This document shows positions 39,596-49,519 of a DNA stretch of 64,000 bases, in pieces. The stretch is from assembly GCA_038727135.1 (NCBI GenBank), contig JAVYWL010000003.1:169633-233632 (forward strand), given 5' to 3'. The notes beneath the pieces were generated by a model that worked only from the letters and a program-made list of their open reading frames with translations, did not search any database and had not been told where the DNA came from. The position numbers and the translations under genes are program-made. Each line of letters starts with the position of its first letter. Positions within the stretch are counted from its first letter, which is position 1. Source of the DNA: Candidatus Bathyarchaeia archaeon. GTDB lineage: Archaea > Thermoproteota > Bathyarchaeia > Bathyarchaeales > Bathycorpusculaceae.

Positions 39596-40540
39596 ATGTT
39601 GAAGCTGGTATCCCTCTTGGATGTTAGTGTTGGTATTTGTGCCTACAATGAAGAAAATAACATAGGCAACTTGCTAAACAACTTGCGTAGGCAATTCATT
39701 CCAAAACCCTTCAGGATAAGCGAAATTATAGTGGTCTCGTCAGGGTCAACTGACAGGACTGACAAAATAGTTCAAAAAATGGCGAAAGAAGACGCTAGAA
39801 TAAAGCTTGTATGTGAAAAGGAGAGGAGAGGAAAAGCGCAAGCGCTAAATCTTTTCTTTGAGAAAGCGAAGGGTGAAATTCTTGTTGTAGTTTCGGCAGA
39901 CACAGAGCCAAAAAACGGCTCGATTGCAAAACTGTTGGAGGCTATGAAGGACGATGTGGGCGGTGCTTGTGCGAAAACAATTCCTTACTATGGAAGGAAA
40001 ACGGTGTTAAGTGTTTTCTACAACTTTTTGTGGCGAGTGCATAATAGAATGCTTTTAAAGGAGATGTTGAACGGAAACTTAAGCCACTTGGGAGGGGACA
40101 TGTGGGCATTAAGAAATGAAATAATAGCAAAAATTCCACCCAATATAATTAATGACGACGCTTTTATAGGAATCACTCTCAGGAAGAAAGGATGGAAAGT
40201 TATCTTTGTCCCAGAAGCAGAAGTCTTTATAAGAAGTCCATGTACACCGCTGGAATACATAAGTCAAAGAGAACGCGTGTTAATTGGACATAAACAGATT
40301 GAAAAAACAGCTGGTGTTGTGCCCACAACAATAGGCGCCATGGCCTTTAAAAAGCCTCGCTACTCAACAAAAATCTTGGTGGAAGAACTTAAACTCCAAA
40401 GGATTAATGACTATGTAAAGATACTTGTCGGAATATTCTTGGAGGCGGTATCCAATATTTTGGCATTAATCAACTTGAGAAAAATGGAGTCATATTTAGT
40501 TTGGAAACAAATACGCGGTACAAAAATCCCAACAATTTAG
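39596..40540 (+). CDS. GT2 glycosyltransferase
   Basis: ICAYNEE, SGSTDRT, RRGKAQALN, SADT, INDD. Confidence 0.9.
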   Translation: MLKLVSLLDVSVGICAYNEENNIGNLLNNLRRQFIPKPFRISEIIVVSSGSTDRTDKIVQKMAKEDARIKLVCEKERRGKAQALNLFFEKAKGEILVVVSADTEPKNGSIAKLLEAMKDDVGGACAKTIPYYGRKTVLSVFYNFLWRVHNRMLLKEMLNGNLSHLGGDMWALRNEIIAKIPPNIINDDAFIGITLRKKGWKVIFVPEAEVFIRSPCTPLEYISQRERVLIGHKQIEKTAGVVPTTIGAMAFKKPRYSTKILVEELKLQRINDYVKILVGIFLEAVSNILALINLRKMESYLVWKQIRGTKIPTI

Positions 40541-41307
40541 GCATGATGTTTGCCGAAACTTACAGTTTTGAGGTTGCGAAACGCTGTTTTCATAACGTAT
40601 AAGATGAAACTTAATATCTCATTTTTAGTTAGCTTCGACTTGCCCTTCTTCCTGTTAGTAAATGTTATTGGAACTTCAACCACCCTAGCCCTATTAATGC
40701 TCGCCTGCCTAAGAGTCTCAATTTGAATTTCATAGGTTTGACTGTGAAGATTTGGAAGAATTTTCTGGACGTACTCCCTCGAATAGCATCTGAAACCACT
40801 TGTGAAGTCTGTTATTGGTAAGGCTACAAGTTTTGCAGTTATTTTGTTGGCTATCTTGCTGATCGCCAGCCTTGTCATGGGCCATCCCTTAACAACTCCG
40901 CCGTTACAGTACCTGCTCCCAACAACTATGTCGCAGCCTTTTCTTGCTCGTTGTAAGAGTTTCGGTATCTCCCTTGGGTCGTGAGAGTAGTCAGCGTCCA
41001 TTGTAATTATGTATTTTGAGGGAGCGCTCTGGGCCAATATAAAGTGAAAGCCGTGGGTTATTGCTGTTCCAAGCCCAGCCTTAAAAGGGCGAGTTAACAA
41101 CATTATATTTTCATATTTTCTCTGCAGTTTTTTGACAATATCCCCTGTACCGTCGGGGCTTGAGTCGTCTATGACTATTATTCTTGAGTTTATCCCTAAA
41201 TTTTCAATGGTGTGTATTAGGTTTTCAATGTTTTCGGCTTCGCAGTATGTTGGTAGGAGGATTGTGACGGAAGAATCATCACTTTCGTTCGTCCGGTTTT
41301 CTTCCAC
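40537..41307 (-). CDS. Polyprenol-phosphate mannosyltransferase (DPM1-like GT2)
   Basis: LPTYCEAEN, DDSSPDGTG, MDADYSHDP, GSRY, DFTSGFRCY. Confidence 0.9.
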   Translation of the reverse strand: MEENRTNESDDSSVTILLPTYCEAENIENLIHTIENLGINSRIIVIDDSSPDGTGDIVKKLQRKYENIMLLTRPFKAGLGTAITHGFHFILAQSAPSKYIITMDADYSHDPREIPKLLQRARKGCDIVVGSRYCNGGVVKGWPMTRLAISKIANKITAKLVALPITDFTSGFRCYSREYVQKILPNLHSQTYEIQIETLRQASINRARVVEVPITFTNRKKGKSKLTKNEILSFILYVMKTAFRNLKTVSFGKHHA

Positions 41308-41483
41308 CTTCTTGTCTCCTTTTATCGGCGATGTCTTCTGTCGTGGTTTCTGTGGACGTTTGCCCTTGGCAGTTATTAAAGAGTTTTTAGCGGTTCAGAA
41401 TCTGAATAAAAACCAGATTAAGATCCAATAAGCTTTTTTAACACATAACCCTTTAAGTGACTTAAAACTTATAAGGGCTAAAA

Positions 41484-42587
41484 ATGAACGAAACAGAGAA
41501 ACAAACAAACCAAACAGAGTTCGAAAGGTTAAAAGAAATTGTCTGTGAGCACTTCCAGATAGAGGAGGCTCTAATCGAGCATAACATCCCCACTTTTTAC
41601 CTCAAACAGCCCCAAGAGACAAAACAAGCCTTTCTAAAACTGCTTAAAAAGCTGGGGCAAACGAATTTGATGGCTTTTCTGCGGAGATCTGATGGAAGGG
41701 TTGTTCTTAGAATTTTTCCTAAGCAGCCTTCTAAGCCAAGCAGTGTCCTTGTTAACTGGCTTCTTCTTTTTGCAACGGTTGGGACAACATTTGCTGCTGG
41801 TTATCTTCAGTCAGCGGGCTTCACAGATCCGCTAATCGGCGGAGCAGCCTTTACTGTGGCTGTTATGGCTGTTCTTGGAATGCATGAAATGGGCCACAAG
41901 TTGACAGCCGATGTGGAAGGCGTAGAGGCAACACCGCCCTATTTCATCCCGGGTCCACCCCCACTTGGAACTTTTGGAGCCGTAATTATGCAGAAGTCTC
42001 TCCCGCTAAACAAGGATTCCCTCTTTGACATTGGGGCAAGCGGCCCATTATTTGGCTTCCTCGTCGCCATTGTTGCTACAATTATCGGTTTACCATACTC
42101 ATCCTACAACTGGGTTTCAGAGGGCACTCCAACCCTTCCAGCACCACTTTTCTTTAGGCTTTTTGCCGAGTTTTTGCTTCCACCAGCCCCAACAAATGGG
42201 TATAAACCCGGCTACATGTTAGTGGTAATGTTGCATCCTGTTGCCTTTGCCGGGTGGATTGGCTTCTTTGTAACAATGCTTAACTTGCTGCCGGCTGCCA
42301 TGCTTGATGGTGGACATGTTGCGAGGTCGCTTTTCAGCGAAAGGATTAGAAGCATATTGACCATGCTTTCCATAATTTTTCTTGTTTTTGTAAGCTGGCC
42401 TATGGCTATTTTTGTTCTGTTTATGTCTATGTTTAGGCATCCGGGTCCCTTGGACGATGTTTCCGACTTGTCAAGAAGCAGGAAAATCTTTCTTGGAGTT
42501 TTGGTGGTGATTTTTATTCTCTCCTCACCTTTATATGACCTATTTTATTCCTTGGTTAACTTCCTAAGGTGGCTTTTTGGAGCTTGA
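41484..42587 (+). CDS. Site-2 protease (M50)
   Basis: HEMGH, GTFGA, NLLPAAMLDGGH. Confidence 0.93.
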   Translation: MNETEKQTNQTEFERLKEIVCEHFQIEEALIEHNIPTFYLKQPQETKQAFLKLLKKLGQTNLMAFLRRSDGRVVLRIFPKQPSKPSSVLVNWLLLFATVGTTFAAGYLQSAGFTDPLIGGAAFTVAVMAVLGMHEMGHKLTADVEGVEATPPYFIPGPPPLGTFGAVIMQKSLPLNKDSLFDIGASGPLFGFLVAIVATIIGLPYSSYNWVSEGTPTLPAPLFFRLFAEFLLPPAPTNGYKPGYMLVVMLHPVAFAGWIGFFVTMLNLLPAAMLDGGHVARSLFSERIRSILTMLSIIFLVFVSWPMAIFVLFMSMFRHPGPLDDVSDLSRSRKIFLGVLVVIFILSSPLYDLFYSLVNFLRWLFGA

Positions 42588-42668
42588 TACCTTAAAAGGT
42601 GTATTTGTGTTCGGCAATTCTACAGCAATGTTTATTAAATGTTAAGATGCCAGATAAAACTTGAGAAA

Positions 42669-42893
42669 ATGAAGGGCGCACCAATCTTAGTGGTCTTCTT
42701 CCTAATGTTCTTAGCAGCCTCGCTTTTAATTCCCTCACCCATATTCCCTGGAAACTTCTTGTGCGCCTTATTTGGGAAAATTGCTGAGGAATACCAAAAG
42801 TTTGTGAGCGCCATTTTCAATGGAATCTTTTACGGGACAATATTGTGGCTTGTTTTTGTAGCTGTGTGCCGAAAATTTGAGAAAGAAAAGTAA
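42669..42893 (+). CDS. Small two-TM membrane protein
   Basis: Two hydrophobic helices; ATG at 42669. Confidence 0.55.
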   Translation: MKGAPILVVFFLMFLAASLLIPSPIFPGNFLCALFGKIAEEYQKFVSAIFNGIFYGTILWLVFVAVCRKFEKEK

Positions 42894-42904
42894 GTCTAAC
42901 GCCT

Positions 42905-43156
42905 TTAGCCTTCAATGGGTTGTTGTAGGAAGCCAACTAGCCTTATGGTACTTCCGCATTTGTTGCAGCGGAGAATTAGCTCGGCCAAGTCGTCTCCCTT
43001 AACTTTTGTTTCAACAATCTGGTAGACCTCTTCAGTTTCGTCGTCTGGTGATATTATGACTCCGCAACTTGGGCATGGGAAAGCGCCGTCTCCATCAATT
43101 TTTGTCAAGTCGACCGTGTACGTTTCACTCTTTTTTATTGCGGCTTTTTTCATCAT
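42905..43156 (-). CDS. Small Zn-binding protein
   Basis: CPSC...CNKC, 83 aa. Confidence 0.7.
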   Translation of the reverse strand: MMKKAAIKKSETYTVDLTKIDGDGAFPCPSCGVIISPDDETEEVYQIVETKVKGDDLAELILRCNKCGSTIRLVGFLQQPIEG

Positions 43157-43255
43157 TTAACTGCGCCTTCTTTTATCTTGACGTTTCCACGTCTGCTCAA
43201 AATATAATTAACAATTATGAATCAGAAATCCATATTCCAGCTAAACTTTGCAATT

Positions 43256-44254
43256 TTATGGAGAGGGTATTCCAGCAACTTTTGGAAACGGAACAGCGTC
43301 CCATATGTTTTCAAGACCACAGATAAACCTTGTAAGTCTTTCAACACCTATCCCAAAACCTGCTGAAGGAGGAATTCCAACCCTTAACATGTCTAAATAC
43401 CACTCGTAATCGGCGGGATTTTCGCCGCTTTTCAGCATTCTCTCCAAAAGCTTGCCGTACCGGTGCTCCCTTTTTCCGCCTGAAATCGCCTCGCCGAAAC
43501 CTCCGGGATATATTAGGTCAAAATCTTCTAGAACGCCTGGTTCTTCCTCTTTTTCCATGTAGTAGAAGCTTCTCGCCGTAGTTGGAAAGTTTGTTATCCA
43601 GAAGGGTTCGCTGTGCATTTTTGATATGGCTTCTTCTGCTTCCCATGAAATTTCTTTGCCATACTCCACATTTACTCCCGCATTATTGAGAATTTCAAGA
43701 GCCTCTTTGTACGTGTACCTTTTTAAGGGCAATTTTGGCACCTTTAGCGTTTTTACGCGTTCTCCAAGCTCTTCGTGGCACTTGTTTTTGACTTCGGCTA
43801 TTACGTGGCAGAGCATTCTCTCGCCAAGCTCCATAACATCTTCGCACGTGGCATATGCCACTTCAAGGTCTATTTGCCTAAACTCTGTTAGGTGGCGACG
43901 CGTTCTAACAGTTTCTAATGGCTCTAATCGAATGTTTGGTGATAGGGCAAAAACCTTTGGCAAAGCCGTGATAATCATTTGTTTGTATAGTATCATGCTG
44001 CTCATGACTTTGAAGGGAAAACCATAATAGTCTATGATGGCTTGCTTTGCCCCTCTAATGCCGGGGTCTGTTGCAGGTCCGATTATGGGAGCTAAAATTT
44101 CGATGAAGCCATCATTTTTTAGGAAAGCCCGAATTGAGGATATTATCTCATCCTGAACTTTGAAAATTCTTGCTAGCCCGTTTTCTCTTAACGTTATGTA
44201 TCTTTTCTTTAGGCTTTCGGATAAATCGCTGCTCATGAGATTGAAAAATGACAA
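43256..44254 (-). CDS. Archaeal asparagine synthetase A (AsnRS-like catalytic core without the anticodon domain)
   Basis: TDPGIRGA, SPNIRLE, RHLTEFRQIDLE, GEAISGGKRE, SAGFGIGVERL; only about 330 aa. Confidence 0.88.
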   Translation of the reverse strand: MSFFNLMSSDLSESLKKRYITLRENGLARIFKVQDEIISSIRAFLKNDGFIEILAPIIGPATDPGIRGAKQAIIDYYGFPFKVMSSMILYKQMIITALPKVFALSPNIRLEPLETVRTRRHLTEFRQIDLEVAYATCEDVMELGERMLCHVIAEVKNKCHEELGERVKTLKVPKLPLKRYTYKEALEILNNAGVNVEYGKEISWEAEEAISKMHSEPFWITNFPTTARSFYYMEKEEEPGVLEDFDLIYPGGFGEAISGGKREHRYGKLLERMLKSGENPADYEWYLDMLRVGIPPSAGFGIGVERLTRFICGLENIWDAVPFPKVAGIPSP

Positions 44255-44340
44255 CTTATATTTTTAAATTTTTTATTGAAAATTCTGTATTTTTATCAAA
44301 TGGTAACCTTTTTATGCTTAAATATATGTAATTTTTACAC

Positions 44341-44850
44341 ATGAACCTAAAACTGGACGAAAAGGATTTGGCAATATTAGACTTGCTACAGAAAAACTGC
44401 AAGATGACAGCAAAGGAAATAGCCAGAAAAATAAACTCTCCCATAACAACTGTTTTCGCAAAAATAAAGAGGATGGAACAGCAAGGAATAATTAAAGAGT
44501 ACAGAGCCATCCTAGACCATAGAAAACTGGATTTTGGCGTAACAGCTTTCATATTGGCATCCTTCTCCTACAGAACCAACAGGGAGGAAGCACCACTTTC
44601 TCAGAGGGCTATAGCCGAGCAAATATCAAAGTTTCCAGAGGTTCAAGAAGTGCACATAATATCTGGCGATTGGGACATCCTTATCAAAGTTAAGGACAAA
44701 AATGTGGACTCAGTTGGAAGGTTTGTGATAGACAAGTTGAGAACCGTGAAGGGCATAGAAAAGACATTAACCTGCATAGTGTTTGACACGCCAAAAGAGA
44801 CAACAACCATACCTATTCCGGTGTCTTCGAAAGTATTTCAACGCAAATAA
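44341..44850 (+). CDS. Lrp/AsnC transcriptional regulator
   Basis: LDEKDLAILDLLQ HTH; EVHIISGDWDIL; divergent from the asparagine synthetase gene. Confidence 0.93.
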   Translation: MNLKLDEKDLAILDLLQKNCKMTAKEIARKINSPITTVFAKIKRMEQQGIIKEYRAILDHRKLDFGVTAFILASFSYRTNREEAPLSQRAIAEQISKFPEVQEVHIISGDWDILIKVKDKNVDSVGRFVIDKLRTVKGIEKTLTCIVFDTPKETTTIPIPVSSKVFQRK

Positions 44851-44939
44851 TGTTAGAGAATTTCCTTTGGACAGCTTTCAATATTATTTATAAAGGATTC
44901 GTTACAGAGAGTATGAAAAAGGCGAAGCGAGGTAAGCTC

Positions 44940-46298
44940 ATGAAATTTGACGTTATAGTTGTGGGCGCCGGAACAGCTGGATGCTTAGCGGCAAAAACGG
45001 CCGCTGAGAAAGGCTTGAAGGCTTGTTTGGTTGAGCGGAAGGCTCAGAAGGAGATTGGCGAGAAAGTTTGTGGGGACGCCCTTGGAGAGCACCACTTAAA
45101 GAATGTTGGTTTAGGGTCTCCCCAGCACGGTGAGTTGGAAAGGCGAATAGAGGGTGTTAAAATATACTCGCCGGACTTGGAAACTGTTTTTACTGTTAGG
45201 CATGAGGATTTTTCAGGCTACTTATTGAATAGGCGGCTTTTTGGGCAGTGGCTTTTAAGAATGGCGCTGGACAAGGGTGCCGTCTTGTTTGATTCAACCC
45301 AATGTTTAGAGCCCATTATTGAAAAGGGCTTTGTAACTGGCGTTTTGGCTAAAAACATGAGGACTGGCGAAAAGGTTCGTTTTGAAAGTAAAGCTGTTGT
45401 GGATGCAAGCGGCTTTCTTGCTGTTATTAGGCGGAAGCTTCCAGATGAAATGGGGATTGAAAGGGAGATAGCCAACGAGGATGTGGAGGCTTGTTATAGG
45501 GAGATTAGACAGCTTAAACAGGAGGTTGAGGGCAAAAATTACTGTGAGATATATTTAAACCAGAATGTGACCCCGGGCGGCTACACGTGGATTTTCTATA
45601 AGGGCGGTGCAAAAGTTAACGCTGGGCTTGGAGTCTGCATGCGGGATAAGTTTCCAAATCCAAAAGGGCAGTTTTACAAGCACGTCCTAGCCAATCCATT
45701 GTTTGATGGTTCGCTGTTGCTTGACGGCGGGGCATGGTACGACCCGACGAGGAGACCATTAGACAACATGGTTGGAAACGGCGTAATAATCATCGGAGAC
45801 GCCGCGTGCCTCGTGAACCCCATACATGGAGGCGGAATCGGACCATCAATGATAAGCGGATACTTGGCTGGAAAAACCATAGCTGAGGCTTTGGAGAAAG
45901 GCGATGTAAGCCAAGAAGCCCTATGGCAGCACAACGTTAGGTACATGGAAAGCTATGGAACAAAGCAGGCTGCACTAGACGTTTTTAGACTCTTGCTGTT
46001 AAAATGCAGCAACGAAGACCTAAACTATGGCATGAAGTATAAGCTGTTGACTGAGGAGGATGTTTTAAAGGCTGGTTTAGGCGAGGACTTCCACCTAAAC
46101 ATAACTGAAACTGCAAAGCGGGTCTTCAGAGGCATAAAGCGCATCCACTTTCTAAACAAGTTGCGGGTCACAGTCAACCTAATGAACAGGGTTAAGGCTC
46201 ATTATCGGAACTATCCAAAAACCCCTAAAGACTTTGAAAAGTGGCGGCTTAAAACCGAGGCGCTGTTTAAAGAGGCAAAGTCAAAGCTTATGGGATAA
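44940..46298 (+). CDS. Digeranylgeranylglycerophospholipid reductase (GGR)
   Basis: GAGTAG, KVCGDA, PGGYTWIF, GDAACLVNPIHGGGI. Confidence 0.9.
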   Translation: MKFDVIVVGAGTAGCLAAKTAAEKGLKACLVERKAQKEIGEKVCGDALGEHHLKNVGLGSPQHGELERRIEGVKIYSPDLETVFTVRHEDFSGYLLNRRLFGQWLLRMALDKGAVLFDSTQCLEPIIEKGFVTGVLAKNMRTGEKVRFESKAVVDASGFLAVIRRKLPDEMGIEREIANEDVEACYREIRQLKQEVEGKNYCEIYLNQNVTPGGYTWIFYKGGAKVNAGLGVCMRDKFPNPKGQFYKHVLANPLFDGSLLLDGGAWYDPTRRPLDNMVGNGVIIIGDAACLVNPIHGGGIGPSMISGYLAGKTIAEALEKGDVSQEALWQHNVRYMESYGTKQAALDVFRLLLLKCSNEDLNYGMKYKLLTEEDVLKAGLGEDFHLNITETAKRVFRGIKRIHFLNKLRVTVNLMNRVKAHYRNYPKTPKDFEKWRLKTEALFKEAKSKLMG

Positions 46299-46984
46299 TG
46301 CGGCACATGAGGGTTGCAGTTTTAGCCACAGGCGGGAAAGACTCCACCCTCGCCCTTTACAGAGTTTTACGTTTGGGCTACGATGTGAAGTATTTGGTTA
46401 GCATGATCCCGCTGAGGGAGGACAGTTGGATGTTCCACTACCCAAACATCCACTTAATGGACTTGTTCGCGGAAGCTGTTGGAATTCCACTCGTTAAAGG
46501 CGAAACATCTGGGGTAAAAGAGGCTGAAGTTGAGGATTTAAAGCGTTTAGTGGCGGGACTTAACGTGGATGGAATTGTTTCCGGGGCTATAGCCTCAAAC
46601 TATCAGAAGGCAAGAATAGAGGAAATCTGCAAGCAGTTGAAGCTCAAGTGTTTAACGCCCCTTTGGCATGAAAACCCAGCCAGCATTCTAAAGGAGATTT
46701 TAGACCTCAATTTTGAGGTTATAATAACCGGTGTTTATGCCTATGGCTTTTCAAAAGAGTGGCTTGGAAGAAAACTTGACGCGGAAGCCTTCAATGCGTT
46801 GGTTGAGCTGAACAAACATTTCGGCGTTTCCCTTGTGGGAGAAGGAGGCGAGTATGAAACCCTCGTGCTTGACGCCCCGTTTTTCAAGAAGAGGCTGAAA
46901 ATTGTTGAGGCTGAAAAAGTTTGGAGGAGACAAGGCGGCTACCTCCTAGTTAAAAAGGCTATGTTAGAGGCAAAGACCAAATAG
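46298..46984 (+). CDS. Diphthine--ammonia ligase (Dph6)
   Basis: TGGKDS, SWMFH, GAIASNYQ, GEGGEYETLV. Confidence 0.9.
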   Translation: MRHMRVAVLATGGKDSTLALYRVLRLGYDVKYLVSMIPLREDSWMFHYPNIHLMDLFAEAVGIPLVKGETSGVKEAEVEDLKRLVAGLNVDGIVSGAIASNYQKARIEEICKQLKLKCLTPLWHENPASILKEILDLNFEVIITGVYAYGFSKEWLGRKLDAEAFNALVELNKHFGVSLVGEGGEYETLVLDAPFFKKRLKIVEAEKVWRRQGGYLLVKKAMLEAKTK

Positions 46985-47025
46985 CCTTGTTGGAAAAGTT
47001 TATTTTGTTGGTTGGGGAATCATTG

Positions 47026-47080
47026 AGAGCCGGTGGCGGATGAGAATCCGCTGGGATGTAACCGAATGGTTGAACCATAA
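47026..47080 (+). promoter_or_regulatory. Structured 5' leader of the rpl15e operon (candidate ribosomal leader)
   Basis: GCGGAT-GAGA-ATCCGC hairpin inside a CGGT/ACCG pairing, then ATGGT-TGA-ACCAT; lies between a TATA-like element (about 46995-47006) and the GAGGTGA SD. Confidence 0.6.
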
Positions 47081-47099
47081 ACTATAGTGAGGTGAAAAT

Positions 47100-47675
47100 T
47101 TGGCGTATAAATACATTGCAGAGGCTTGGAAAAAGCCAGAAGAATCCTTCGTTGAAGAGTTGATGCGGCAGAGGCTAATAGAGTGGAGAAAAGAACCCGC
47201 AATAGTCCGCGTGGAAAAACCAACACGCCTAGACAGGGCTAGGAAGCTTGGTTATAAGGCGAAGCAAGGTTTCATAATTGTCCGTGTCCGCGTTAGACGA
47301 GGTGGACTGCGAAAACAGCGTCCACGGTCAGGTAGAAGACCGAAAAGGATGGGTGTTAGAAAGTATAAGCCTGCTAAAAGCTTGAGGCTTATAGCCGAGG
47401 AGCGGGCTGCAAGAAAGTTTCCAAACCTTGAAGTTTTAAACTCCTACTGGGTTGGCGAAGACGGACGCTTCAAATGGTTTGAAGTCATAATGGTTGACCC
47501 CCACCACCCCGCTATTAAGGCGGACAAGGACATAAACTGGATATGCCAAAAACAGCATAAGAGAAGAGTTTTCAGAGGATTAACAAGCGCAGGCAAAAAA
47601 GTTAGAGGCTTAAGGAAAAAGGGACGCGGGGCTGAAAAGGCTAGACCAAGCCGAAAGGCAGCAACGGGAGACTAG
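47100..47675 (+). CDS. rpl15e: 50S ribosomal protein L15e
   Basis: [40 protein letters not shown]. Confidence 0.98.
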   Translation: MAYKYIAEAWKKPEESFVEELMRQRLIEWRKEPAIVRVEKPTRLDRARKLGYKAKQGFIIVRVRVRRGGLRKQRPRSGRRPKRMGVRKYKPAKSLRLIAEERAARKFPNLEVLNSYWVGEDGRFKWFEVIMVDPHHPAIKADKDINWICQKQHKRRVFRGLTSAGKKVRGLRKKGRGAEKARPSRKAATGD

Positions 47676-47681
47676 CCCGCC

Positions 47682-47969
47682 ATGGCTCAAGTAAAACCAC
47701 TCGTTTTCAAAAAGGGTGGAAAACAACGCTTAGGGAAGGGCTTCAGCCTTGGAGAGCTGAAAGAGGTTAAATTAAGCCTAAAACAAGCCTTGAAGCTTGG
47801 CATCTCCGTTGACTCTCGAAGGAAAACGATCCACGAGGGCAACGTCAAATCTTTAAAAGAGTTTCTAGCAACTATCATGAAGCCTAAGAAGGTTTCCAAG
47901 GCAGCCGCAGAGAAAAAGAGGGTAAAAGCTAAAAGCGGAAAAGGGAAGAAGGGTAGCAAGCAGCAGTGA
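47682..47969 (+). CDS. rpl13e: 50S ribosomal protein L13e
   Basis: RLGKGFSLGELKEV, LGISVDSRRKT. Confidence 0.9.
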   Translation: MAQVKPLVFKKGGKQRLGKGFSLGELKEVKLSLKQALKLGISVDSRRKTIHEGNVKSLKEFLATIMKPKKVSKAAAEKKRVKAKSGKGKKGSKQQ

Positions 47970-47976
47970 TGAGGTT

Positions 47977-48423
47977 TTGTCTTCTAAGGTTCCCGTAACC
48001 CATATTGATTTAAGGGTGTTTGCCCACGCAACAGAGGATGAAGAGAAAGTTCTGTCCGCAGTGCGCAATACACTTCCGCCGCAGGTTTCTGAAAACATCA
48101 CCTTTAAAAAGTCAAATTTGAGTGGGCACCATGGGAACCCAATAACGCTTTTTGAAGCTAAGATTAAGGAAAGAGACCATGTTAAGGCTTTTCTTGAAAA
48201 GCTTGCTTCCAGCCTGAGCATTTTAGATAAGGAGCTTTTGGGCGGTGAAATTGAACAGCACATTGAAGGAGGCTGCCTTTACATAAGGCTTGATAAGCAA
48301 GCGGCTTACTTAAACGAGTTTAAGCTCGGCACGACAGACCCCATACACTTCAAAATTCACTTCAAAAAATCCGGCATGAAAGAAATTGTCGACATGTGCA
48401 GAAGCCTTGGGATAATTCCATGA
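47977..48423 (+). CDS. RNA-binding protein of the exosome/RNase P superoperon (COG1325-like)
   Basis: HATEDEEKV, GHHGNPI, LYIRLDKQ. Confidence 0.88.
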   Translation: MSSKVPVTHIDLRVFAHATEDEEKVLSAVRNTLPPQVSENITFKKSNLSGHHGNPITLFEAKIKERDHVKAFLEKLASSLSILDKELLGGEIEQHIEGGCLYIRLDKQAAYLNEFKLGTTDPIHFKIHFKKSGMKEIVDMCRSLGIIP

Positions 48424-49163
48424 GGAGAATTTTCGCCGACCTCCACCTACAGCCAGACCTAAGCGACACAGAACAGACAAGGCAAATGATAGCAAAGGCT
48501 TCAGAGTTGGGCTACCGCCTAATAGCTATTCCGACGCCACTTTCGCCAAGCCTTGCGGAAAAGCATGTTAAACAGCTAAGAGGCTTGTGCCAAGAAAAAG
48601 CCCTAGATTATGCTTCACGCCTAAACTTAAAGCCGAAAACACCAAAAGAGCTTCTCCAACTTTTGAGGCGGTTCCGCCGAAAATATGAGATAATAGCCGT
48701 AATGTGCGATTCAAAAGCTGTTGCAAGGCAAGCAGCAAAAGACCATAGGGTGGACATCCTAAACTTTCCATCAACAGACCCTCATAGAAGATTTTTTGAC
48801 AAGGCGGAGGCGGAGCTAGCCTCGAACAGTCAAGCTTCACTAGAAATTGACATGAAACCCTTGCTTGTTTTAAAAGGTCCAGCCAGAATAAAGCTTCTGT
48901 CAACTTTAAGGAGGGAAGCAGCCATAGCCAAAGACTTTCGCGTGCCAATTGTGGTTTCAAGCGGTGCAACAAGCGAGCTTCTTATGAGAAAACCCATTGA
49001 AATGGCTGCTCTGGCAACCCTTTTTGATATGGACAAACCATCAGCTTTAGACGCCGTTTCAAAAAATCCTTTAGCAATCGTTAAGAGAAACCGCGAAAAA
49101 CTCAGCCCCCGCTTTGTCGCGCCGGGAATACGCATAATAAGGATGGGAAACGATTGCCAATAA
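48420..49163 (+). CDS. rnp3: RNase P protein Rpp30
   Basis: FADLHL, ARQAAKDHRVDIL, IVVSSGA; operon context. Confidence 0.85.
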   Translation: MRRIFADLHLQPDLSDTEQTRQMIAKASELGYRLIAIPTPLSPSLAEKHVKQLRGLCQEKALDYASRLNLKPKTPKELLQLLRRFRRKYEIIAVMCDSKAVARQAAKDHRVDILNFPSTDPHRRFFDKAEAELASNSQASLEIDMKPLLVLKGPARIKLLSTLRREAAIAKDFRVPIVVSSGATSELLMRKPIEMAALATLFDMDKPSALDAVSKNPLAIVKRNREKLSPRFVAPGIRIIRMGNDCQ

Positions 49164-49471
49164 AAACGAGGCGCCGCTACCTAACTTTAAAAATAGAATC
49201 TGCGGAGAAGTTTGAGGCGAAAGAGCTTCTCGATGCCTTATGGGGTGCCATTTTAAAGCTTTTTGGAGAATATGGCGCGAGCAAAACAGGGTTAACACTG
49301 ATAGATTACGATTTGGAAAAGGGACTTGCCATAATCCGCGTAGCTCACACGGAAGTCGAAAAAGTTAGAGCCGCAATAGCCACCCTAACTGAAATAAACA
49401 CTAAACCATCAGCAATCCACGTCCTAACAGTTTCTGGAACCTTGAAAGCCCTCCACAAAAAGTTAGAATAG
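49154..49471 (+). CDS. rnp2: RNase P protein Pop5
   Basis: RRRYL, LFGEYGAS, VSGTLK. Confidence 0.88.
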   Translation: MPIKTRRRYLTLKIESAEKFEAKELLDALWGAILKLFGEYGASKTGLTLIDYDLEKGLAIIRVAHTEVEKVRAAIATLTEINTKPSAIHVLTVSGTLKALHKKLE

Positions 49472-49519
49472 GTCATCAACAGCAATTTGTTTAAAAGGCT
49501 GAAAGTTTATTGTAACCTG

